Positions 57,099-64,000 of a stretch of 64,000 bases of DNA are shown here, piece by piece. The notes beneath the pieces are model-generated. The model was not told the origin of the DNA. It worked only from the letters and a program-made list of their open reading frames with translations, and did no database searches. The position numbers and the translations under genes were made by a program. How positions within the stretch are numbered: the stretch's first letter is position 1; each line of letters starts with the position of its first letter. The stretch covers positions 11,793-75,792 of the forward strand of contig CAXRIN010000046.1 in the NCBI GenBank assembly GCA_964230605.1, given 5' to 3'. Source of the DNA: Flavobacteriaceae bacterium. Its GTDB lineage: Bacteria; Bacteroidota; Bacteroidia; Flavobacteriales_C; GCA-002722245.

Positions 57099-57269
57099 AA
57101 TAGAGATATTTAAGTGTTAAAATAATTAATAATCTCTATCTTAATTTCCTAAGTAAAAAAGTTCACTTTATGCTGACGGTTTACAATAAAAAGCAAGATT
57201 ACTTGATTCAAAGAAGTTAGAGAGATACTAATAATAATTAGTTCCTTCCTTACGGAGAATGTGAAATTA

Positions 57270-58880
57270 TCACAGTTTATTAGTAGTTTTTTGTTTCGAT
57301 AATAAGAAGCCTAATTTAAAGGGAATCCTTTTTATTACTAGACTTAATAATAATGTACTTATAAAAAAGAAACTATAATATACAGATAGGTTGTATCTGT
57401 ATTCTGCTGTTCTAAGAATAATAATATATAATCCAATGTGGTATAAAGTAGAGATAGTGAGGAAAAAGAACACCGAATTTTTCTTTTTAAATAAACTTCT
57501 AATGAGCTCAAAAAGGTAATAAACCGAACCTAATAATCCCAATATGATAATTATTTGATAAGTAAGAAAAGATATAATTTTAATACCAATTTGTGGTAAT
57601 GTTGCATTCTCTAAAGAGAATGGAAGCTGGTAGGTTCCACTGTTAAATAGCCAAGCTTTAAAAGTTTTAATTCTACCGATAATTTGATAATAAAACCAGT
57701 GATGTTGAGTTAAGTTTTTATAAAACTTATCAGTTATTTTTAAGGCTACTTCTAAGCTTTTTTTTCTTTCGGATAAATCAATGTTTTTATTCCTTGCTAT
57801 CTTAGAATTTCTTTGACATTCAACAAGTAATTCTGGCGTTAACCCTTTTTCATTGTCGTAAATTATTTCAGGAAATAAAGATGATTGATTTTGTGGCTTA
57901 AAGCCTAATTCATGTTGGTAATCATCATCCATAAACCAATACATTTGCCCTTCTGGGTCCCACTTGTTTGATCTTCCTCCAAATCCTTTAATGAGTTTTT
58001 TTTGTTTTTCGAAAAGGGGAACAGTTGTAAAATTTGCTTCATGAATTACTCCAACTTTACCTGTTTTATGCTCACTGGAACCTATTTGTTGAATTAAAAT
58101 TATTTTGCCATCTGATGCAAAGTAATTTCTAGTAACCCATATGCTTTCAAAAACTGCACTGGTAAGTAAAAAAAATAAAAGCGCTTTAATCGCTGTTTTT
58201 CTTTCTTTGATAAATATCCATCCTGCAAAAAGAAATAGCAGAGGTAAAAAAACTATTCGGGCAAAAATGGCAAGAGCAAGAAATAGTCCTCCGAAAAAGA
58301 TACTCTTAATATGTTTGTGTTCTATATATTCATAAATGTGAACTAATGTTAGAGAGAAAAATGAGAAAGAAAGGCTTTCTGCGAGTTCAGGATGATTATT
58401 CCATATCGAGATATAGTTATCTGCTAAAAAGAGTAGTATTCCTATATAAAAAAAGCTAGGTCCAAATTTTTTGCTGAGGGTTTTCAATAATTTAAAAATG
58501 GAATAAGACATAAAAATGGATAATCCAATCATGTAAAAATTTAGCGCCCATTGATAGCTAAAAAACAGTCTGAAAAATAAATATCCAATTCCAACAATAG
58601 GAACTCTTGGGGCAACCATTTTTCCTTTAGCAAAGTACCAATCTCCGTTAGTATAAAAATTTTCAGCACATGTAATATAGCCTTCATCTCCCCATCCCTC
58701 TGATGGTAATTCAAAGAGTATTCCTTCTGAGAATTTTTCCGGGTTGTGAGAATAAGAAAAATATAAAAGTAATGAGACTTTTATTATAATAACTAGTGGA
58801 AGAATCCACCATTGTATTTTTAGATTTTTAAACATTTTTTGTACGGTTTCGCTGGAGGAAATACTTTTCGACTGTTTCAA
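57270..58880 (-). CDS. large polytopic membrane protein, possible GT-C-type (ArnT/PMT-like) glycosyltransferase
   Basis: 536 aa. N-terminal TM followed by a loop containing EGWGDEGY (a DE-type motif occupies the equivalent first loop in GT-C enzymes). ~9 TM helices, a ~250-aa hydrophilic domain, and 3 C-terminal TM helices. An alternative start at MFKNLKIQ (58835) would reduce the overlap with the upstream AT3 gene. Confidence 0.25.
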   Translation of the reverse strand: MKQSKSISSSETVQKMFKNLKIQWWILPLVIIIKVSLLLYFSYSHNPEKFSEGILFELPSEGWGDEGYITCAENFYTNGDWYFAKGKMVAPRVPIVGIGYLFFRLFFSYQWALNFYMIGLSIFMSYSIFKLLKTLSKKFGPSFFYIGILLFLADNYISIWNNHPELAESLSFSFFSLTLVHIYEYIEHKHIKSIFFGGLFLALAIFARIVFLPLLFLFAGWIFIKERKTAIKALLFFLLTSAVFESIWVTRNYFASDGKIILIQQIGSSEHKTGKVGVIHEANFTTVPLFEKQKKLIKGFGGRSNKWDPEGQMYWFMDDDYQHELGFKPQNQSSLFPEIIYDNEKGLTPELLVECQRNSKIARNKNIDLSERKKSLEVALKITDKFYKNLTQHHWFYYQIIGRIKTFKAWLFNSGTYQLPFSLENATLPQIGIKIISFLTYQIIIILGLLGSVYYLFELIRSLFKKKNSVFFFLTISTLYHIGLYIIILRTAEYRYNLSVYYSFFFISTLLLSLVIKRIPFKLGFLLSKQKTTNKL

Positions 58881-59910
58881 ATGAAATAGATGATAATATT
58901 AAAGTTCCTGCTAATATTAAAAAGTACTGTAGTGGGATATTTTTAATGTTTAATCCATGAATAACTAAAACAATAATTATAGAATGGTACATATACAAAC
59001 CATATGATATTTTCCCTAAATATTTAAGCCATTGGAACTCTAGTTTGATAATATTGTTAGAGTTAAAAGCTAAGTTGAAAATTAAGGGTCCTGTAAGTAA
59101 TGCATAAATTTCATTGTTAACGAATGGAATTTCAATTCCAAAAGCAATTAACAGAAAAAGAGTTGTAAAAGTAGTTAATTCAATTATAGGGTGAATTAAT
59201 TTTTTACCTAAGGAGTGATCCGTGAATTTTAGCCATGCAAATATTCCACCTATAGCAAAGCAATCCATATTAAGACCTGATATAAAGCTGTAAAGGATAT
59301 CAGATTTTAAAAATCCCATTTTCATAATTATATAAATCCCATATTTTACTCCAAAAAATATAATAGCTGCTAAAATTATATTCCTACTGGTATTCTTTAT
59401 TTTTTTAAAAATAAAGGGCCAAATAAGGTAAAATTGAGTTTCAACACCAATAGACCATAATTTTGAGGCATAAGGAAGTCCGTAATATAAAATGAGTGAA
59501 AGGTTAGGAAGAAAAAAAGTGAATAAACTAAGCTGTTTACCATATTCGTTAATTTGGTAATTGTTATAGTTAAAAATACTTAGGTATGGAAGTACAAAAA
59601 AGGAAAGGGTAATAATAATAAAATATAGAGGCCAAATTCGATTTATTCTTTTTTGAAAGAAACGCTTTAAGTTTATTCTTTCTTGTTTTTGTAGTTCAGC
59701 TAAGAGTAAGTAACTAATTAAAAAGCCACTTAAAACAAAAAAGATAACAACACCTGTTTTTCCACATCTTTTAAAAAATCCTAAATCATAGAAGTTATCA
59801 ATCCCCATATTGTATTTAATGTTTTCTGTATGGTGGACTATAACTAGATATGCTGCAATAAACCTTAAGCCATCAAGATTAGGGAAGTGTAATTTTTGTT
59901 TCTGAGGCAT
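58828..59910 (-). CDS. acyltransferase family 3 (integral membrane O-acyltransferase), second copy
   Basis: N-terminal FPNLDGLRFIAAYLVIVHHT motif. 360 aa polytopic. Confidence 0.75.
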   Translation of the reverse strand: MPQKQKLHFPNLDGLRFIAAYLVIVHHTENIKYNMGIDNFYDLGFFKRCGKTGVVIFFVLSGFLISYLLLAELQKQERINLKRFFQKRINRIWPLYFIIITLSFFVLPYLSIFNYNNYQINEYGKQLSLFTFFLPNLSLILYYGLPYASKLWSIGVETQFYLIWPFIFKKIKNTSRNIILAAIIFFGVKYGIYIIMKMGFLKSDILYSFISGLNMDCFAIGGIFAWLKFTDHSLGKKLIHPIIELTTFTTLFLLIAFGIEIPFVNNEIYALLTGPLIFNLAFNSNNIIKLEFQWLKYLGKISYGLYMYHSIIIVLVIHGLNIKNIPLQYFLILAGTLILSSISFETVEKYFLQRNRTKNV

Positions 59911-61062
59911 TTATTTCTGTTCCGCTTTGTTGTTAAAGAAGTAGTTAACATTTGTTACAACATATTCTATTTCTTCCTGCGTCATAGATGGAAATAGTGG
60001 TAGTCTTACTAAACAATCAGAAAATTCATCTGCTATTTTTAATTCTTCTACTTCATTATTCATGGAAAAGAACTCGCTTTTATGTAAGGATAAATAGTGG
60101 AATACAGCTATAATAGATTTTTCTTTTAAAAATTGTAGTAATATGTCTCTTTGATGTATATCCTTACAACAAAAATAGAAAATATGGTAATTATTAGTAG
60201 AGTGTTCAGGGATTTCCATGAAATTCACTCCGGCCTTTTGCATTGCCTTTTTGTCAATGTTTTGGTCATAATATTCCCATATATTTTTTCTTTTTCCTAG
60301 AATGTCTTCAATATGGCGTAATTGTGCGTATAAAAATGCTGATGTTAATTCAGAAGGTAAAAAAGAACTTCCTATATCTACCCATCCATATTTATTTACT
60401 TCTCCTCTGTAAAAAGCCGCTCTATTTGTCCCTTTTTCCCAAATAATTTCAGCTCTTTTCATCATTTCTTTATTATTAATAACTAGTAGTCCTCCTTCTC
60501 CTGAGATGATGTTTTTCGTTTCGTGAAAGGAAAAAGTAGATAAGTCGCCAAAAGATCCAAGAGGTTTGTCTTTAAAATAAGTATTAATGGATTGAGCTGC
60601 GTCTTCAACCAAGTATATATTATTCTCTTTACAATAATCCGCTATTTTATCAATTTCATATCCTAGCCCGGCATAATGAACGACAACAATAACTTTTGTT
60701 TTAGATGTTTTTAATCTTTTTATTTCTTTCAGTGAAATATTAGGGAATTGTTTGTCAGAGTCTGCAAAAACAATTTTTGCTCCTCTTAAAACAAAAGGAT
60801 TAGCAGAACTAACAAATGTGAAAGATGGTATAATGATTTCATCGCCTGGACCAACATTAGTAAGGATACTAGCCATTTCCAGAGCATCGGTACAACTTGA
60901 TGTTAAAAGACAATGTTTAAACCCGTACTTTGTTTTTAAAAAATTATGACATTCTTTGGTGAAAAAACCATTCCCTGAAAGCTGTTTTTTTACATTAACA
61001 GCTTCTTCTATAAATTTTGTTTCTTCTCCAGTTAAATAAGGTCTGTTAAATGCGACATGCAT
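59911..61062 (-). CDS. DegT/DnrJ/EryC1/StrS-family PLP-dependent sugar aminotransferase (WecE/ArnB-like)
   Basis: N-terminal FNRPYLTGEE. 383 aa. Family-typical Lys region (..SFHETKNII..). Confidence 0.85.
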   Translation of the reverse strand: MHVAFNRPYLTGEETKFIEEAVNVKKQLSGNGFFTKECHNFLKTKYGFKHCLLTSSCTDALEMASILTNVGPGDEIIIPSFTFVSSANPFVLRGAKIVFADSDKQFPNISLKEIKRLKTSKTKVIVVVHYAGLGYEIDKIADYCKENNIYLVEDAAQSINTYFKDKPLGSFGDLSTFSFHETKNIISGEGGLLVINNKEMMKRAEIIWEKGTNRAAFYRGEVNKYGWVDIGSSFLPSELTSAFLYAQLRHIEDILGKRKNIWEYYDQNIDKKAMQKAGVNFMEIPEHSTNNYHIFYFCCKDIHQRDILLQFLKEKSIIAVFHYLSLHKSEFFSMNNEVEELKIADEFSDCLVRLPLFPSMTQEEIEYVVTNVNYFFNNKAEQK

Positions 61063-61197
61063 ATTGAATGATATTAATGGCGAGTGAATTTAATTCCTTC
61101 AAGTTCAACACTAAATTAAAAACTAAAGTAAGGTTAATTTTTTACTATACATTACTAGTTTTAGATTATTTAGTGAAGTTTTTAGGCGTGAATTTAA

Positions 61198-61539
61198 CTA
61201 TAAAGTCATTGTTATAATTCCAAGTATTATTAAAGTAAGCCCTATGAGTTGCTTCTTATTTAATTTCTCTTTCAAAAAGAAATAACTTCCTATAACTACA
61301 AAAAGATTACTAAGAGAGTTAAAAGAGAATGCTATTCCTAACGGTAGTTGAGTAAGAGCATATGTATATAGTAATATACCTATGATTGTTACTGTGATTA
61401 CAAGTATAAAAGAAGGTTTTTTTAAGGTGTTAAATATTGCTTTTATTGAAGAGAAATCTAATTCTTGAGAAATACTCTTAAGTAAAATTTGACCAAAGGA
61501 AACTAATACAGACATTAATATAAGTGATATATATGCCAT
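61198..61539 (-). CDS. small 4-TM DMT/SMR-like protein (ArnE-like undecaprenyl-phosphate-aminosugar flippase subunit?)
   Basis: 113 aa with four hydrophobic helices. 1-nt overlap with the upstream paralogue. Pairing and size match ArnE/ArnF. Confidence 0.5.
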   Translation of the reverse strand: MAYISLILMSVLVSFGQILLKSISQELDFSSIKAIFNTLKKPSFILVITVTIIGILLYTYALTQLPLGIAFSFNSLSNLFVVIGSYFFLKEKLNKKQLIGLTLIILGIITMTL

Positions 61540-61865
61540 TATTTTTTTGCTAAAAATAAAACTCCAATACCTATAAGTAAACCTCCTGTAACTTTAGTGA
61601 AAGTTAAGGTTTCATCAAAAAGTATACTGGACAATATAAGAATTAAAACAAAATTTAAACTCAGAAAAGGGTATGCAATTGAAAGGGATACTTTTTTTAA
61701 TACGTTTGCCCATATTAAAGTCCTTATACCAAAAAGGCCAATAGCGGATATTGTGAATATATTAAAAAGGTTTCCTTCTTTTACTTCAAATGAGCCAAAT
61801 TTAGATATTACTTGAGTTAAGGCCATTAAGCCAATGGTGAAAAGTAATAATTTAAACCCTTTCAT
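61539..61865 (-). CDS. small 4-TM DMT/SMR-like protein (ArnF-like partner subunit?)
   Basis: 108 aa with four hydrophobic helices. Tandem with 61198..61539. Confidence 0.5.
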   Translation of the reverse strand: MKGFKLLLFTIGLMALTQVISKFGSFEVKEGNLFNIFTISAIGLFGIRTLIWANVLKKVSLSIAYPFLSLNFVLILILSSILFDETLTFTKVTGGLLIGIGVLFLAKK

Positions 61866-62739
61866 TTTCTTTTTTACTAGGATTTAGAATCGTTGAAGAA
61901 TTTTTGAAAAGGTTGTTAATGTAATTATAGTCTCTTTGGTAATAACTCTTAATTTCATCAAATTCATTTACTTTATGAGAGACAGGTTCATTGTTTTTTA
62001 TGTTTTTAGCTGATAAATAATCAAACTTTTTTCTTGCCCAAACTACAAAATTACGAGGAAGTAATTGGAGTAGTTTTATTAACCACATTTGCCTTAATAT
62101 CCTGTTTAAGAAGTTGTTTTTCTTTCTTAAACTTGAATTTATCTTTGATTTAATAATGTTTTCTTCATTAAAATAAATAGGGACTTCCAAAAAACGTTCA
62201 ATTTCATTTAAACTATGAAGGATGTTATGATGAAAGTCTTCGTACTTCATAAGTAGAAGATTGTATCCGAAAAGGTCTATTATTTCCTGAATTCTTTTTT
62301 CAAAGTCACCAGGTTGAAAATGAAAGCTTACTTCCACAGAATCTTCTATAAATGTATAACCGTTTTTATAATAACTATTTAATGTAGGCATTGCAATATC
62401 GTAACCAGACAATTGTTTATAAAGGGAAATTGTCCAATCTGCTGGTTCCCTGATGACTAGGATTATTTTTTGTCCGGCATAATTACTTTTGAAAGCTTCA
62501 AAAGATTCATCATCAACAAAAGAAATTGTATCGGTGTCAACGCAAACTTGTTCATCAGTAGCATTGTTAAAATGATCGAGAAACCATTGATCTCCTTTTG
62601 ATAAGTGCGCTTTAAAATAATTGGTTTTTCTTCTGAATGGTACAAAGATATTCGGATGTTTATCAAAGGAATGATACAAATAGGTCGTTGCTGCTCTTGG
62701 CATACCGAGCAAAAAATGAATTTCTGACTTTGTTTTCAT
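61852..62739 (-). CDS. sulfotransferase-like protein (second copy in window)
   Basis: 5'-PSB-like LGMPRAATTYLY and 3'-PB-like VIREPADW motifs. 295 aa. Confidence 0.4.
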   Translation of the reverse strand: MKTKSEIHFLLGMPRAATTYLYHSFDKHPNIFVPFRRKTNYFKAHLSKGDQWFLDHFNNATDEQVCVDTDTISFVDDESFEAFKSNYAGQKIILVIREPADWTISLYKQLSGYDIAMPTLNSYYKNGYTFIEDSVEVSFHFQPGDFEKRIQEIIDLFGYNLLLMKYEDFHHNILHSLNEIERFLEVPIYFNEENIIKSKINSSLRKKNNFLNRILRQMWLIKLLQLLPRNFVVWARKKFDYLSAKNIKNNEPVSHKVNEFDEIKSYYQRDYNYINNLFKNSSTILNPSKKENERV

Positions 62740-62787
62740 AAGATAAATCGAAGGGGCAAATATCGGATTTATATATTAAGGACAAAA

Positions 62788-64000
62788 TTAGGAGTCAGGA
62801 TTTTTTTTAAATGTTAGAGATAATAATAGGAAAGTGAAAAATGGCAGATAAGGAATTTTGTACCTAACAAGAGCTCCGAAATTGGAAGTGCTTAACCCAA
62901 CTCCAAATCCGAGAATAATAGTAAATAGGAAACAAAAAATAAAGAAAGGATCTTGCCTTATGGATTTTATAAGGCTTAGAGATTTTGATAAGATAACCCA
63001 TATTGCAATAAGAAGAAGAAGTAGATTTTCAATACCCGAAACCCACATTGTTGGTGAGCCAGACTCCCAAACATATGGCCTGAAAAGAGCAGCGTTAACT
63101 GCTGGGAAAAATTTTGATAAAGCTCCTTGCATCGTAGGTTCAAAAGCTCCAATGTCAAATGAATTGGATCCGTAAACATCTCTTTTTAAATCGGCATTTT
63201 GAACAGCTGCTTCTTCAAATAGGTTATCTGCTGAATATTTTCCAAAAATCTCATCAAAGTCAAAAAATAAGGTGTTTCCTATGAAAAAAATCACGAAGGT
63301 CGATATAGGTAAAATAGTGATTCTAACAATGGTGGATTTAATTTTCTTTAATCGTTCGAAGTTCGCAAATATTAATAGCCCGGGAAGTAGGGCAAACATG
63401 ATATAAGCTTTAATTGTTATAATTAAGTAAAAAGCAAAAGTTAGTTGTAATGTTGTTTTTAATATTCTTTTCCGATCAATAAAGAATTGATGTAAACCAT
63501 AAACAGCATAGCAGGTTGCCCCAAAAGCAAAGGTATCTTTCATAATTCCACTTCCCCAAAATATTGTAGACGGCAGGTATAGTATGGCTATATTAATGGC
63601 TTTTTCTAAGTCTGGATAACGCTCTATTAGAAAGGAGTATAATTTCCATACCCAGCTGTATATAAAGGTTGTAAGTAAAATAGTAGTTGATAAGAAACCT
63701 CCAAGTGCAGGTAATGCAAAAACAGAACTAATTTTAATTACGGTATAGGTTCGTTCATCTCTTAGCATGTAGTTTGGAGGAGAGTTTCCTACATTGTAAT
63801 AAGCAGCTCTTGTAACTGTATCATTATCGTGAAATAAGAGTTCAAAATACTTAAAAGGGTTGTCTTTAAATACATCCATCATAGCATCAACCCCCCGATA
63901 ATAATTAACGGTATCTCCTCCTCCGTAATAAAGTGCGTAAATCAAACAAAAAATAACTCCTCCAAATATTTTGATTATAAGTCCTTTTCCAAAGTTTTTG
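62788..64000 (-). CDS. polytopic membrane protein, possible glycan polymerase (Wzy/EpsG-like); N-terminus beyond window edge
   Basis: The tracked ORF begins at a TTG. The frame remains open with no stop to nt 63999 (..KNFGKGLIIKIFGGVIFCL-IYALYY..), so the gene continues past the window. ~10 TM helices with a large loop. Confidence 0.3.
   Translation of the reverse strand, partial: KNFGKGLIIKIFGGVIFCLIYALYYGGGDTVNYYRGVDAMMDVFKDNPFKYFELLFHDNDTVTRAAYYNVGNSPPNYMLRDERTYTVIKISSVFALPALGGFLSTTILLTTFIYSWVWKLYSFLIERYPDLEKAINIAILYLPSTIFWGSGIMKDTFAFGATCYAVYGLHQFFIDRKRILKTTLQLTFAFYLIITIKAYIMFALLPGLLIFANFERLKKIKSTIVRITILPISTFVIFFIGNTLFFDFDEIFGKYSADNLFEEAAVQNADLKRDVYGSNSFDIGAFEPTMQGALSKFFPAVNAALFRPYVWESGSPTMWVSGIENLLLLLIAIWVILSKSLSLIKSIRQDPFFIFCFLFTIILGFGVGLSTSNFGALVRYKIPYLPFFTFLLLSLTFKKNPDS

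Larger units (their letters stand above)
55708..57185 (-). mobile_element. IS3-family insertion sequence (1478 bp) with imperfect terminal inverted repeats and 8-bp flanking direct repeat ATAAAAAG
   Basis: Left end TGTAAGTCTTCAAACAAATTTGAAC (55708..). Right end reads TGTAAACCGTCAGCATAAAGTGAAC in reverse complement (..57185): 18 of 25 positions identical by my recount, TG..CA termini. ATAAAAAG occurs at 55700..55707 and 57186..57193. Internal orfA/orfB have the -1 frameshift architecture. Confidence 0.8.

Noticed and set aside
62858-63179. 105-aa plus and 67-aa minus ORFs inside the terminal membrane-protein gene
   Set aside because: Embedded in a long hydrophobic CDS. No independent support.
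1-64000. CRISPR arrays, tRNA or rRNA genes
   Set aside because: No array of regularly spaced direct repeats was seen. All intergenic gaps are under 370 bp, AT-rich, and lack cloverleaf-compatible GC stems. Nothing resembles rRNA.

Overview
Low-GC (roughly one-third GC) chromosomal segment, gene content typical of Bacteroidota (Flavobacteriia/Cytophagia-like): a T9SS C-terminal sorting domain on a secreted protease, a PorX-like PglZ protein, a DUF5686/CarbD_reg protein, and paired ECF sigma/anti-sigma genes. The first ~11 kb is housekeeping: tsaE, alanine dehydrogenase-family enzyme, rluD, PASTA protein, a Ca-binding outer-membrane protein, LOG-family protein, uvrA. From ~10.2 kb to the end it is essentially one large cell-surface glycan biosynthesis island, interrupted only by an ECF/anti-sigma pair, an MscS channel with an orphan OmpR regulator, a T9SS protease and menF-menD-menA. 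The island has three parts. (i) A minus-strand Wza/Wzc-type export module with rfbC, a WecA-like initiating transferase, a GT4 and an AsnB-like amidotransferase. (ii) A ~24 kb plus-strand, translationally coupled ABC-transporter (Wzm/Wzt) dependent locus. It carries a GtrB-like polyprenyl-P glycosyltransferase, two Fe/2OG-oxygenase-like genes, a beta-propeller, an amidohydrolase, an ATP-grasp ligase, a second AsnB, a sulfotransferase, multiple GTs, a dedicated KAS III–ACP–ketoreductase–acyltransferase–NodB-deacetylase module, and MBOAT and AT3 O-acyltransferases. (iii) A minus-strand cluster at the window end with a DegT aminotransferase, an ArnE/ArnF-like pair of small 4-TM proteins, a second sulfotransferase-like gene, a second AT3 acyltransferase and two large polytopic membrane proteins. 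An IS3-family element (1478 bp, terminal IRs, 8-bp flanking direct repeat, intact A-AAA-AAG frameshift site, in-frame amber stop in orfB) sits at the convergent junction of (ii) and (iii). No rRNA, tRNA or CRISPR array was seen. The most novel-looking content is the Nod-factor-like lipidation/sulfation logic in (ii) and the Arn-like lipid-carrier/flippase/GT-C logic in (iii). All functional calls are from reading motifs by eye and remain to be confirmed by database search.
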